The notes: generated by a model from the letters alone, not told the origin. A DNA stretch of 64,000 bases from Eubacteriales bacterium (GCA_045542335.1 JAZQKV010000116.1:1433-65432); one strand, 5' to 3'; counted from the first letter of the stretch, positions 48,077 through 57,847 are shown. Made by a program: numbers and translations.

Positions 48077-48826
48077 ATGGCAGTAGTATTTGAAAAACCC
48101 AAGGCTCTTACCGATGCACCGCTTCATTATTGTCCCGGCTGTACACACGGCATTATTCACAGACTTGTTGCCGAGGTTATTGATGAGCTTGGTATTCAGG
48201 GCAGAACAATCGGTGTTGCACCGGTTGGCTGTTCGGTTTTTGCATATAATTATTTTAATGTTGATATGATTCAGGCGGCACACGGACGTGCTCCCGCAGT
48301 TGCAACCGGCGCAAAGCGTTCCGATGGCAACAACATTGTGTTTACATATCAGGGCGACGGTGACCTTGCAGCTATTGGTACAGCTGAAACGGTTCATGCG
48401 GCAGCCCGTGGCGAAAACATCACGGTTATCTTTGTAAATAACGCAATTTACGGCATGACCGGCGGTCAGATGGCTCCCACAACACTTCCCGGTCAGGTTA
48501 CACAGACTTCTCCTTACGGACGTGATACCTCAAAAGTAGGTTTCCCCGTAAAGGTTTGCGAAATGCTTTCGCAGATTGACGGCGCAACTTACCTTGAAAG
48601 AGTTGCCGTAAACAACGTAAAGAATATCAGAGCCGCAAAGGCAGCAATCAAAAAGGCGTTCCAGAATCAGGTTGACGGAAAGGGCTTTTCGCTTATTGAG
48701 GTTCTTTCAACCTGTCCGACAAACTGGGGCAAGACTCCCACGGATGCAATTGCGTGGCTTGAGGAAAATATGATTCCTTATTATCCTCTGGGCGTTTATA
48801 AGGACAAGTACGCCGAAGAAAAGTAA
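48077..48826 (+). CDS. 2-oxoacid:ferredoxin oxidoreductase beta subunit (TPP-binding)
   Basis: YCPGCTHG cluster-ligand motif and GDGD..A..G TPP motif. Confidence 0.85.
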   Translation: MAVVFEKPKALTDAPLHYCPGCTHGIIHRLVAEVIDELGIQGRTIGVAPVGCSVFAYNYFNVDMIQAAHGRAPAVATGAKRSDGNNIVFTYQGDGDLAAIGTAETVHAAARGENITVIFVNNAIYGMTGGQMAPTTLPGQVTQTSPYGRDTSKVGFPVKVCEMLSQIDGATYLERVAVNNVKNIRAAKAAIKKAFQNQVDGKGFSLIEVLSTCPTNWGKTPTDAIAWLEENMIPYYPLGVYKDKYAEEK

Positions 48827-48854
48827 TGCGGCACGGACGAAAGGAATGTGTATT

Positions 48855-49391
48855 ATGAACAAGAAAATTCTTATTGCAGGCTTTGGTGGGCAGGGTATTC
48901 TTTTCTCGGGAAAGTTCCTTGCTTACGCAGGGCTTATTGAGGGCAAAGAGGTAAGCTGGCTTCCCTCTTACGGCCCCGAAATGAGAGGCGGTACTGCAAA
49001 TTGCAGTATTATTATCAGCGACACAAAGGTCGGATCTCCCATTGTTGATAAACCCGATATACTTATCGCAATGAACGCTCCCTCGCTTGACAAGTATGTA
49101 AACGACGTTGTTTCCGGCGGTGAGATTTATGTTGACAGCGCACTTATTGAGAAAAAGGTTGAAAGAACAGACGTCAAAACATATTATATCCCTGCAACTG
49201 CAATTGCGGATGCCGAGGGACTCAAAGGCCTTGCAAACATGATTATTGCCGGCATGGTTTGCGAAAAGAGCAAGATTATTGAAAAGGAAACCATAGAAAA
49301 GGCAATGCAAAAGGTTGTTTCCGCAAAGAAAAAGGAACTGTTTGACCTTAACATGAAGGCAATGGAGATTGGCGCAAATTACGAGGGTTGA
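48855..49391 (+). CDS. 2-oxoacid:ferredoxin oxidoreductase gamma subunit
   Basis: IAGFGGQGILFSGK motif is typical of the gamma subunit. The start was chosen at ATG 48855. Confidence 0.85.
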   Translation: MNKKILIAGFGGQGILFSGKFLAYAGLIEGKEVSWLPSYGPEMRGGTANCSIIISDTKVGSPIVDKPDILIAMNAPSLDKYVNDVVSGGEIYVDSALIEKKVERTDVKTYYIPATAIADAEGLKGLANMIIAGMVCEKSKIIEKETIEKAMQKVVSAKKKELFDLNMKAMEIGANYEG

Positions 49392-49440
49392 AATTTTACT
49401 TGTGTCAGAATGCCGATAAGATTTGATGAAAGGACGGTTC

Positions 49441-49998
49441 ATGGAAATGAATGATCAGATTAAAGACATTGGTTTAAGACTTAAGCTTTTAAGAGAAGAT
49501 GCGGCGATTGAAGCGGAAGATATGGCGGAAAAGCTTGAGGTTTCCACAGAGGAATACCTCGCTTATGAAAAAGGCGAAAAGGATTTTTCGTTTGGACTTA
49601 TCTATAACGCCGCTGAAGTTCTCGGGGTTGACGTTGTTGATATTATCAGCGGCAATGCTCCCACACTTTCCATGTGTTCCATGGTTAAAAAGGGCAAGGG
49701 CTACAGCGTTAAACGTGAGCACGAATACGACTATAAGCACCTTGCTTTTACTTTCAGAAACAAGAAAGCTGAGCCTTTTCTTGTTACAATCACTCCCGAC
49801 AATGAGCCTCCCGTTATGAAAAGCCATGAGGGACAGGAATTCAACTATGTTGTTTCGGGGAAAATGATGCTTTATATAGGAGACATCTCCTATGAGCTCT
49901 CCAAGGGCGATAGCGTTTACTTTGATTCGAGTGTACCTCATGCTGAGGTAGCTATGGGCGATAAGGAAGCGCAGTTTATCGCCGTAGTTATTAAGTAA
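49441..49998 (+). CDS. XRE-family HTH + cupin-domain transcriptional regulator
   Basis: N-terminal HTH_3 region (IGLRLKLLRED..MAEKLEVSTEEYLAYEKGE) and a C-terminal cupin (HEGQEFNYVVSGKMML...GDSVYFDSSVPH). Confidence 0.8.
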   Translation: MEMNDQIKDIGLRLKLLREDAAIEAEDMAEKLEVSTEEYLAYEKGEKDFSFGLIYNAAEVLGVDVVDIISGNAPTLSMCSMVKKGKGYSVKREHEYDYKHLAFTFRNKKAEPFLVTITPDNEPPVMKSHEGQEFNYVVSGKMMLYIGDISYELSKGDSVYFDSSVPHAEVAMGDKEAQFIAVVIK

Positions 49999-50046
49999 AC
50001 GACGGTCGGCATTGTATGCCGTCACGCAGATTCGGAGGTTATTCAG

Positions 50047-51762
50047 GTGGCAATCTATGAAAATTTCGTTGGCGCCTCAAGAGATGATTTTCTATCTCTT
50101 AAGGATGCCCAGAACAATTACAAGCTGTCTTACGAAGAAAACTTTAACTTTGCATACGATGTTCTTGATGTTCTTGGAACAACCAAGCCCAATAAGCTTG
50201 CAATGGTGTATGTTTCAAACGACGGAGAAGAAAAAAGATTCACTTTTGAGGATATGATGATTGCGTCAAACAAGGCGGCGAACTTCTTTACGTCCCTTGG
50301 TATCAAAAAAGGTGACACAGTTCTTCTGACACTCAAGAGAAGCTATTATTTCTGGTTCTGTATGCTTGGACTTCACAAGATTGGTGCAATTGCTATTCAG
50401 GCAACGCATATGCTCAAGGCAAAGGACTATATTTACAGATGTGAAGTTGCCAAAATAAAGTGTGTTATTATTACCGGTGACGGCGAGGCAACCGAGTATT
50501 TTGACGAGGGTGCAGATAAGTGCAAGACCGTCAAGGTAAAGCTTACAACCGGTGGTAAGGAAAAGAAAATCGGAAACGGATGGCTCAGTTTTGAGGAAGG
50601 CTTTGAAGGCTCAAGCAGCCGTTGGACACGTCCCACGGGCAAAAAGGCAACCAAGGCAGACGACACCATGCTTGTTGCTTTTTCTTCCGGCACAACAGGT
50701 TATCCCAAAATGATTACCCACAACTTCAAGTATCCTCTCGGACACATTATGACAGGCGTGTTCTGGCACAGAGTTGTTGACGGCGGTCTTCATTTTACGA
50801 TTTCCGACACAGGCTGGCTCAAATCCCTTTGGGGCAAGTTCTATGGTCAGTGGTTTGGCGAATGTGCTGTGCTTGTTTACGATTTTGATAAGTTTGTTGC
50901 TAAGGATATTCTCAGTGTTATTGAAAAATATAAGGTTACAACCTTCTGTGTGCCTCCGACAATGTACAGAATGCTGCTTGAAGAGGATGTTTCAAAGTAT
51001 GACCTTTCTTCAATGGTTCATTGTTGTTCTGCAGGTGAAGCACTTAACCCCGAAATTTTCAACAAGTGGAAGCAGGCTACCGGACTTAAAATTTATGAGG
51101 GCTTTGGTCAGACCGAAACAACCGTTTGCATTGCAACGCTTTATCCCTGGAGTGAACCTGTTCCCGGAACGTTGGGCTACCCTGTTCCCGGATATGATGT
51201 CAATATTCTCGATTCCGAAAATAAACCTTGTCAGAGAGGTACTACAGGCGAAATCAGCATAAGAGTGCTTTCTCAGAAAAGAAAGGCTTGCGGTCTTCTC
51301 GATACATATAATTATAGCAAGGAAGACACGCAGAACGCAGTTTATGGCGGCTATTTCCACACCGGTGATACGGCATACCGTGATGAAACAGGAGTGTTCC
51401 GTTACGTTGGCAGAAATGATGACGTTATCAAATCGTCCGGCTATCGTATCGGACCATTTGAAATCGAGAGTGTGCTTCTTGAGCACGATGCTGTAAAGGA
51501 AGTTGCCGTTACAGGTGTTCCTGACCCGATAAGAGGCTTTGCGGTAAAGGCGGCGATTGTGCTTGCGGAAGGTTATGAAGGCTCGGATGAACTTACAAAA
51601 GAGCTTCAGAAGTACGTTAAGGATAACACCGCACCCTACAAATATCCGAGAGTTGTCGAATATGTCAAGGAGCTTCCCAAAACCTTCAACGGCAAGATAA
51701 GAAGAAGCGAAATAAGAGAAAATGATGCCAAAAAAGCAGCAGAGGAAAAGGTAGGCAAGTGA
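50047..51762 (+). CDS. AMP-forming medium-chain acyl-CoA synthetase (MACS/ACSM family)
   Basis: N-terminal NFNFAYDVLD... pattern of the ACSM/MACS family. AMP-binding motifs: FSSGTTGYPKM, YEGFGQTET, FHTGDTA, GRNDDVIKSSGYRIGP. GTG start. Confidence 0.8.
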   Translation: MAIYENFVGASRDDFLSLKDAQNNYKLSYEENFNFAYDVLDVLGTTKPNKLAMVYVSNDGEEKRFTFEDMMIASNKAANFFTSLGIKKGDTVLLTLKRSYYFWFCMLGLHKIGAIAIQATHMLKAKDYIYRCEVAKIKCVIITGDGEATEYFDEGADKCKTVKVKLTTGGKEKKIGNGWLSFEEGFEGSSSRWTRPTGKKATKADDTMLVAFSSGTTGYPKMITHNFKYPLGHIMTGVFWHRVVDGGLHFTISDTGWLKSLWGKFYGQWFGECAVLVYDFDKFVAKDILSVIEKYKVTTFCVPPTMYRMLLEEDVSKYDLSSMVHCCSAGEALNPEIFNKWKQATGLKIYEGFGQTETTVCIATLYPWSEPVPGTLGYPVPGYDVNILDSENKPCQRGTTGEISIRVLSQKRKACGLLDTYNYSKEDTQNAVYGGYFHTGDTAYRDETGVFRYVGRNDDVIKSSGYRIGPFEIESVLLEHDAVKEVAVTGVPDPIRGFAVKAAIVLAEGYEGSDELTKELQKYVKDNTAPYKYPRVVEYVKELPKTFNGKIRRSEIRENDAKKAAEEKVGK

Positions 51763-52514
51763 CTATGAAAGGGACGGAAGACAGAGGTTCCGACGCCCAA
51801 AGATTGAGCAATGAGCTTTTTGATTATTTGTTTCTTGCAGTTGCCGAAGTGTATATAAATGGCGCAAGTGATTATTGCGTAGTCAAGGTTATATTCAGCC
51901 GCGATAAGAGGTTTTATGAGGGTCACACACTCACCCCTGAACAGGCAAAGCAGATTTTGCTTTCACCGTCGTCTGTTTCAGCAACATTTGATGCAGATTG
52001 CCTTCGGGACGTAACAATCAAGGATCTTGCTGAAATGACGGGTAAGAGACGTTTCTGTTATAGCATTGAACCTAAAAACGGCATTTTGAAGCGCAGGATT
52101 CTTACGCTTTATGTTGTTCAGCCGGGAAAGAGGATTATTGCAACCGTCAGCGAAGCAGAGCATTCAGATGGCGGTGACCTGATTTTCAGGTTAAACAAGA
52201 GCGAATATGTTATCCGGCGTTCTGACATTATATATGTTGATTATGGTAATCACAGTGTTGTGGTACACGATCTCTCGGGTAAGCGCAGCTTTTTCAGCGT
52301 GTCCTTTAGCGATGTTGCAGACGAGCTTCTTTCAGACAGAAATTTCGTTCGCAGTTATAAAAACTGTATTGTAAATATGGACAGAGTGCGAAAACTTGAG
52401 AATGATGCGTTTATAATGGAAAACGGCGATGTTATTTCTATTCCCAAGAGACGGCTTCGCGAGATTAAGGCTTATTATGAGGCTTATCTTGTGCTCCGTG
52501 GGAATCCACAGTAA
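51759..52514 (+). CDS. LytTR DNA-binding domain protein with an uncharacterised N-terminal domain (no receiver motifs seen)
   Basis: C-terminal LytTR pattern (IRRSDIIYVDYGNHSVVVH...FVRSYKNCIVNMDRV). The start overlaps the upstream stop. Confidence 0.65.
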   Translation: MTMKGTEDRGSDAQRLSNELFDYLFLAVAEVYINGASDYCVVKVIFSRDKRFYEGHTLTPEQAKQILLSPSSVSATFDADCLRDVTIKDLAEMTGKRRFCYSIEPKNGILKRRILTLYVVQPGKRIIATVSEAEHSDGGDLIFRLNKSEYVIRRSDIIYVDYGNHSVVVHDLSGKRSFFSVSFSDVADELLSDRNFVRSYKNCIVNMDRVRKLENDAFIMENGDVISIPKRRLREIKAYYEAYLVLRGNPQ

Positions 52515-52523
52515 ACAACAATT

Positions 52524-52558
52524 AAAGGTGATGGGACTTGAACCCATCACCTTTTTGT
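52524..52558. terminator. bidirectional rho-independent terminator
   Basis: 12-bp stem AAAGGTGATGGG / CCCATCACCTTT followed by a T-run. It sits between convergent genes. Confidence 0.75.
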
Positions 52559-52657
52559 TATACAAAAAATGTTTTTCAATCATGTCTTAAAGTTAGACTA
52601 TAACACCACTTGATATGGAAAAGGATTTAAAGTCTGAAATAGCTCCAACCGTTTAAA

Positions 52658-55294
52658 TCAATGACCTGCAAACCATGTTTCGCCTATTTCAAGCTCAACC
52701 TTCAGGGGAACGTTGAGTGTTACAGCGTTTTCCATTTCACGTTTGAGAATTTGCGCTGCTTCTTTCGCGCAGGATTTTGCTGATTCAACAATAAGCTCAT
52801 CATGCACCTGGAGAATAAGCCTTGCGTCAAGTCCCGATTCTGTGAGTGCCTTGTCAGCTTTGAGCATGGCAATTTTTATGATGTCGGCGGCTGTGCCCTG
52901 AATTGGCGTGTTCATGGCAACACGCTTTCCAAATGCCTGAAGCGGTTTTTTGGGCGAGGTGAGCTCGGGAATATTGCGCTTCCTGCCGTAAAGTGTTGTC
53001 ACATATCCGTCAGCCTGTGCCTTTTCGATAACCCCATCCAGATACTCTTTAACTTTTGCATATTTTTCAAAGTAATTTGCAATATACTCCCCTGCCTCCT
53101 TGATTGAGGAACCGATGTCGCCGGCGAGGGAATAGTCGGAAATTCCGTAAACAATGCCGAAATTCACAGCTTTTGCCTTTTTGCGAAGTTCTGAGTTTAT
53201 AAGCTCAAGGGGAAGTCCGAAAACCTGGGAGGCTGTCACAGAGTGAATGTCGATGTCGTCCTTGAAAGCGTTTATCATTGTTTGGTCGCCGGAAATTGCG
53301 GCAAGCAGACGAAGTTCAATCTGCGAATAGTCTGCATCGATAAGCACATGGTCGCTGTCCTCCGGCACAAAGAAACGGCGAAGCTCTCTGCCCTCAGGCT
53401 TGCGGATAGGAATGTTCTGAAGATTTGGCTCAGCGGAGGAAAGTCTGCCGGTCTGGGTGAAAGCTTGCTTGAAGTTTGTGTGAAGACGTCCGTTTTGGTC
53501 AACCGCAGAAAGAAGTCCTTCAACATAGGTTGAACGGAGCTTTGAAACAAGCCTGAAATCAAGAATTTCGTTTACAATCGGGTGGTATGAACGGAGCTTT
53601 TCAAGAGTTTCGGCATCGGTTGAAAAACCGCTTTTTGTTTTTTTGAAGCCGTGAAGTCCAAGGTGTTCAAATAACACTTCTCCAAGCTGCTTTGGAGAAT
53701 TTATGTTAAATTCCATGCCCGAAAGCTCATAAATATTGTTTTTTCGTTCTTCAAGGCGCGCATCAATTTTTCTTCCGTATTCGGAAAGACCTGCTGTGTC
53801 AAGCTTCATGCCGTGATATTCCATTTTTGAAAGCACAACGGCAAGAGGCAGTTCTATATTCCGATAAAGATTGTCCGCACCGTCCACACCTGAAGCAAGC
53901 TTTTTTGTCAGTCTTTCAAGAATCTCACCCATGGAAAGACAAAGCTCGGCAGAGCTTGAAACGTCCATACAGTCACTGTATTTTTCCGCAAGGGACATGG
54001 CATCGTTTTTGTCAGCAGGGTCGCAAACATAGGCGAGCAGCATAAGGTCGTCGGAAATGTTGAGGCTGTCTGCATCGGAAATGTTGAAATCCATCTCATT
54101 CAAAAGCCATAAAACAGCGTCCTTTGAATTGTAAAGCACAGTTTTGAGATTTGTGTTTTTGAAAATTCCCCGGCAAATTTCAGGTGTTGCGTTGCAGGAA
54201 TAAACAGTTTTATCTCCGGGAGTGCAGGTGTAAACCTTATTGCTCCGGACATCCGGAAAAACGCAGAAAACCCCGTCAGTAGCGGGAGAAACTCCCTCTT
54301 TCTCTGTTATGTTTTCAGGGACGTTATTTGTGCAACCGCAATCCGCCTCATCGCCAAACATACTGCTTTGCGCATTTTTGGCAATGGCAGTGGTGGTTTT
54401 TGCAGGAGCCATTCCCGAAAGACCAAAACGTTTGATGAGGCTCTTCAGTTCAAGATCGGAAAGTATGCGTAAAAGCTCTGCTTCGTCACGCTCTTTCACT
54501 TCAATATCTTCTGGACAAAGCGGCAATGGGACAGCCGTGAAAATCTCGGCAAGAAAACGGCTTTTGTAGGCAGATTCCTTTCCTGCTTCAAGCTTCGCCT
54601 TAACTCCCTTTGCAACAGACGGAGAATCTGCATAGCTTTCATAAACTCCGTCAAGACTACCGAATTCTGAAATCAGCTTAAGGGCGGTTTTTTCGCCTAT
54701 TCCGGGGACACCGGGAATGTTGTCGGAGGTGTCGCCCATGAGAGCTTTAACATCTATCAGTTTTTTTGGTTCAAGACCGTATACCTCGGCAATTTTTGCC
54801 GTGTCGTATGTCACCGTGTCAACATTTCCTGCAAGAAGAACCTTGCATTTTTCGCTTACAAGCTGAAAAGAATCTCTGTCACCCGTGAGAACATAACACT
54901 CGTTACATTCACCATCAGCATCCGCAAGGGCGGCACAGGTTCCGAGAATATCGTCTGCCTCATAGCCCTCAATTTCCATGACATTGAATCCCAACGCACG
55001 GATTATATCTTTCGTCGGGGAAAGCTGAGCGGCAAGCTCGTCGGGCATACCGTGGCGGTTTGCTTTGTAAAAGTCACATTCCTTATGGCGGAAAGTAGGA
55101 GCTTTAAGGTCGAAAGCAACTGCAATGCTGTCGGGACAAAGGCTGTCGACGGTTTTCATTATAATATTGAAAAATCCGAAAATGGCGTTTGTGGGTCTGC
55201 CGTCGGAGGTAGTCAGCGGTTTTACGCCGTAAAATGCACGGTTGAGGATGCTGTTGCCGTCAATGGCAAGAACTTTTTTGCACTGTGTACTCAT
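52658..55294 (-). CDS. polA: DNA polymerase I
   Basis: 5'-3' exonuclease N-terminus (LAIDGNS..., GDRD, TSDNIPGVPGIGEKTA), a degenerate 3'-5' exo region, and polymerase motifs (DYSQIELR, RRKAKAVNFGIVYG, QVHDELI). The start was chosen at ATG 55294, with an AAGGGG RBS. Confidence 0.95.
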   Translation of the reverse strand: MSTQCKKVLAIDGNSILNRAFYGVKPLTTSDGRPTNAIFGFFNIIMKTVDSLCPDSIAVAFDLKAPTFRHKECDFYKANRHGMPDELAAQLSPTKDIIRALGFNVMEIEGYEADDILGTCAALADADGECNECYVLTGDRDSFQLVSEKCKVLLAGNVDTVTYDTAKIAEVYGLEPKKLIDVKALMGDTSDNIPGVPGIGEKTALKLISEFGSLDGVYESYADSPSVAKGVKAKLEAGKESAYKSRFLAEIFTAVPLPLCPEDIEVKERDEAELLRILSDLELKSLIKRFGLSGMAPAKTTTAIAKNAQSSMFGDEADCGCTNNVPENITEKEGVSPATDGVFCVFPDVRSNKVYTCTPGDKTVYSCNATPEICRGIFKNTNLKTVLYNSKDAVLWLLNEMDFNISDADSLNISDDLMLLAYVCDPADKNDAMSLAEKYSDCMDVSSSAELCLSMGEILERLTKKLASGVDGADNLYRNIELPLAVVLSKMEYHGMKLDTAGLSEYGRKIDARLEERKNNIYELSGMEFNINSPKQLGEVLFEHLGLHGFKKTKSGFSTDAETLEKLRSYHPIVNEILDFRLVSKLRSTYVEGLLSAVDQNGRLHTNFKQAFTQTGRLSSAEPNLQNIPIRKPEGRELRRFFVPEDSDHVLIDADYSQIELRLLAAISGDQTMINAFKDDIDIHSVTASQVFGLPLELINSELRKKAKAVNFGIVYGISDYSLAGDIGSSIKEAGEYIANYFEKYAKVKEYLDGVIEKAQADGYVTTLYGRKRNIPELTSPKKPLQAFGKRVAMNTPIQGTAADIIKIAMLKADKALTESGLDARLILQVHDELIVESAKSCAKEAAQILKREMENAVTLNVPLKVELEIGETWFAGH

Positions 55295-55633
55295 GTTTTC
55301 GCCCCTTTTAAGGTTTTTCATGTGTTTTCATTATCTCCTATTTTACACCATTTTTTACATCTTTTGGTTTACCGCTTGAATATATTTTGCAAATTTTTAT
55401 GGTTTAAATATGCAGTCAAGCATATTTTCGGCAAAAATCTATGTTAAAATGTGACAAAAGGGACAGTTAATATAAATTTTATAAGAATTTTCAAAAAATA
55501 TCTTTGAAATACTGCTTGAAATCATGAAAAAAAGGTAATATAATGATGTAAGTGAAATTGTTGTCTGCGAAAGGACACAAAGTCTGAAAATAGATTTTCG
55601 GATTTACACCGCAAGAAAGGAATGGTAATAAAA

Positions 55634-56806
55634 ATGACAAAGATAGATATATTTTCGGGTTTTCTTGGCGCAGGAAAAACCACGCTTATAAAAAAACTCA
55701 TCACCGAAGCCTATAAGGGCGAAAAGCTTGTTCTTATTGAAAACGAATTTGGCGAAATAGGAGTTGACGGCGGCTTTCTTAAGGAAGCAGGTATTCAGAT
55801 TAACGAAATGAACTCCGGCTGTATTTGCTGCAGTCTTGTGGGTGATTTTTCGGAAGCTCTCGGAAAGGTAATTGCGGACTATGCTCCCGACAGGATTCTT
55901 ATAGAGCCGTCGGGCGTGGGCAAGCTCAGCGATGTTATAAAGGCGGTTGAGGGGCTTGGCGACAAGGTTTGCGTAAACTGTGTCACAACCGTTGCAGATG
56001 CTTCAAAGTGCAAAATGTACATGAAGAATTTCGGCGAATTTTTCAACAATCAGATTGAAAATGCAAAGACGGTAATTCTCAGCAGAACCACAGGAATGGA
56101 CGAAGCAAAGCTTGAAAAATGCGTTGAGCTTATTCGTGAAAAGAATAGCGATGCCGTTATAATCACAACTCCCTGGGAGGACCTTGACGGAACAAAGATT
56201 CTCGAAGCCATGGAAACTTCTCCGTCACTTGACGACATTCTCCGCCAGCTTGAGCACGACGCTCACGAGCATCATCACGACCACGATCATCATCATGACC
56301 ACGAGCATCACCACCACGACCATGATGATCACGACGAGCACGATGAACATTGCACCTGCGGTTGCCATGATCACGACCATGAACATGACCACGAGCATCA
56401 CGACCACGATCACGAGCATTATCATGATCACGAACATCATCATGAGCATGATCACCACGACCACCACCATGAACACGGTGAACATTGTTGTTGCGGACAC
56501 GATCATGATCATCACCACCATCATCACCATGCTGACGAAGTGTTTGAAAGCTGTGGCGCAGAAACCGCAAAGATATTCACCGAGCAGGCTATAACAGAAG
56601 CGTTGACAAAGCTTTCAAATGTCGGAGAATACGGTTTTGTACTGCGTGCAAAGGGCATCGTAAACGGTGGCGACGGTTGGATACATTTTGACTACACCCC
56701 CGGCGAAATTAACGTGCGCAAGGGTGCGGCAGATGTCACAGGACGCATTTGCATAATCGGCTCGGGCATTGACAAGCATGAGGTTATGGAGCTGTTCGGA
56801 CTTTGA
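55634..56806 (+). CDS. COG0523 (CobW/YjiA/ZigA-type) G3E GTPase metallochaperone with a very long His/Asp/Cys-rich insert
   Basis: GFLGAGKTTL P-loop, ENEFGE, and the GCICCS metal motif. The His-rich tract is encoded at about 56253-56530 and includes CTCGCH and CCCGH. A promoter TTGAAA-17-TATAAT lies at about 55517-55545. Confidence 0.85.
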   Translation: MTKIDIFSGFLGAGKTTLIKKLITEAYKGEKLVLIENEFGEIGVDGGFLKEAGIQINEMNSGCICCSLVGDFSEALGKVIADYAPDRILIEPSGVGKLSDVIKAVEGLGDKVCVNCVTTVADASKCKMYMKNFGEFFNNQIENAKTVILSRTTGMDEAKLEKCVELIREKNSDAVIITTPWEDLDGTKILEAMETSPSLDDILRQLEHDAHEHHHDHDHHHDHEHHHHDHDDHDEHDEHCTCGCHDHDHEHDHEHHDHDHEHYHDHEHHHEHDHHDHHHEHGEHCCCGHDHDHHHHHHHADEVFESCGAETAKIFTEQAITEALTKLSNVGEYGFVLRAKGIVNGGDGWIHFDYTPGEINVRKGAADVTGRICIIGSGIDKHEVMELFGL

Positions 56807-56858
56807 GATTAAGGCAAAAAGGTCTGCAAGCTAAAATGACGAAAGGAACAATTGCAAA

Positions 56859-57806
56859 ATGAAAGAAATTCCCGTATATCTTTTCACAGGCTTCCTTGAA
56901 AGCGGCAAAACGAAGTTTATTCAGGAAACATTGTGCGACAAGCGTTTTAACAACGGCGAGAGAACCCTGCTTATTGTTTGCGAGGAGGGCGAAGAGGAAT
57001 ATGCGCCTGATATGTTTTCGGGCAAAAACGTTTTTGTTGCAAACATTGAGAGCGAGGACGAGCTGACGGAGCAAAAGCTTGCCGCCCTTGCGAAACAGCA
57101 TAAAATTGAAAGAGCTGTTGTCGAATACAACGGAATGTGGACTCTTGACAAGCTTTATGGTGCGCTTCCCGAAAACTGGAGCGTATATCAGGAAATGATG
57201 TTTGCAAATTCCGAGACATTTCTGTTTTACAACACAAACATGAGAAGTCTTGTTGTAGACAAGCTTCAGAGCTGCGAGCTTGTTATACTTAACCGTGCAA
57301 GTGACTCAACCGATAAGGATGAGATTCATAAGGTTATCCGCGGCGTTACACGTCGTTCGGACATCGCCTATGAATACGCTGACGGTCATGTCGAGTATGA
57401 CGAAATTGAAGATCCGCTTCCTTTTGATGTTGAAGCGGAGGTCGTTGAGGTTGCTGACCGTGATTATGCTCTTTGGTATAGGGATCTCTCCGAGGATATG
57501 GCAAAATATTCGGGAAAGGTTATGAAGTTCAAGGGACAGGTTGTTGCGAGTGACCCGGAAGACAAGCATTTGTTTGTTTTCGGCAGAAAGATAATGGTTT
57601 GTTGCGAAAACGACATTGCCATGCGTGGACTTCTTTGCCGTGACACAACCGGTTCTTATAAGGCAAAGCGTGGCGAATGGCTTGTTGTGACAGCTTCGGT
57701 TTCAATTGAAAATCATAAGATTTACGGTAGCGAGGGTCCCGTTCTCAACATGGTTGATTTTGAAAAGGCGGATGCACCCGAAAATGAGGTTGCAACGTTT
57801 TATTGA
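56859..57806 (+). CDS. degenerate G3E-GTPase-like protein fused to a DUF1980-C-like Cys-containing domain
   Basis: GFLESGKT P-loop, but CEEGEEE replaces ENEFGE, there is no CxCC motif, and NRAS replaces NKxD. The C-terminal KFKGQVV...FVFGRKIMVCCENDIAMRGLLC resembles the DUF1980/TIGR03943 C-terminal pattern (from memory). Confidence 0.55.
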   Translation: MKEIPVYLFTGFLESGKTKFIQETLCDKRFNNGERTLLIVCEEGEEEYAPDMFSGKNVFVANIESEDELTEQKLAALAKQHKIERAVVEYNGMWTLDKLYGALPENWSVYQEMMFANSETFLFYNTNMRSLVVDKLQSCELVILNRASDSTDKDEIHKVIRGVTRRSDIAYEYADGHVEYDEIEDPLPFDVEAEVVEVADRDYALWYRDLSEDMAKYSGKVMKFKGQVVASDPEDKHLFVFGRKIMVCCENDIAMRGLLCRDTTGSYKAKRGEWLVVTASVSIENHKIYGSEGPVLNMVDFEKADAPENEVATFY

Positions 57807-57818
57807 TCAGATAATATA

Positions 57819-57847
57819 AAAGTGCGGATTTTGTCCGCACTTTTTTC
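57819..57847 (+). terminator. rho-independent terminator
   Basis: AAGTGCGGA / TCCGCACTT stem followed by TTTTTT. Confidence 0.75.

Noticed and set aside
52524-52640. tRNA-like T-arm (minus strand GGGTTCAAGTCCC within the hairpin), possibly a tRNA or tRNA-fragment att site
   Set aside because: No acceptor, D or anticodon arms could be folded from the upstream minus-strand sequence. The 12-bp stem plus T-run is fully explained as a bidirectional terminator between convergent genes.
56163-56594. Three overlapping track ORFs (56163-56570 minus, 56184-56594 plus, 56225-56530 minus) inside the COG0523 gene
   Set aside because: They are frame-shifted or antisense readings of the CAC/GAC/CAT-rich His-tract DNA. 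Their low-complexity products (runs of T, I, M, V or R, D, G, H) are artefacts of the repeat.
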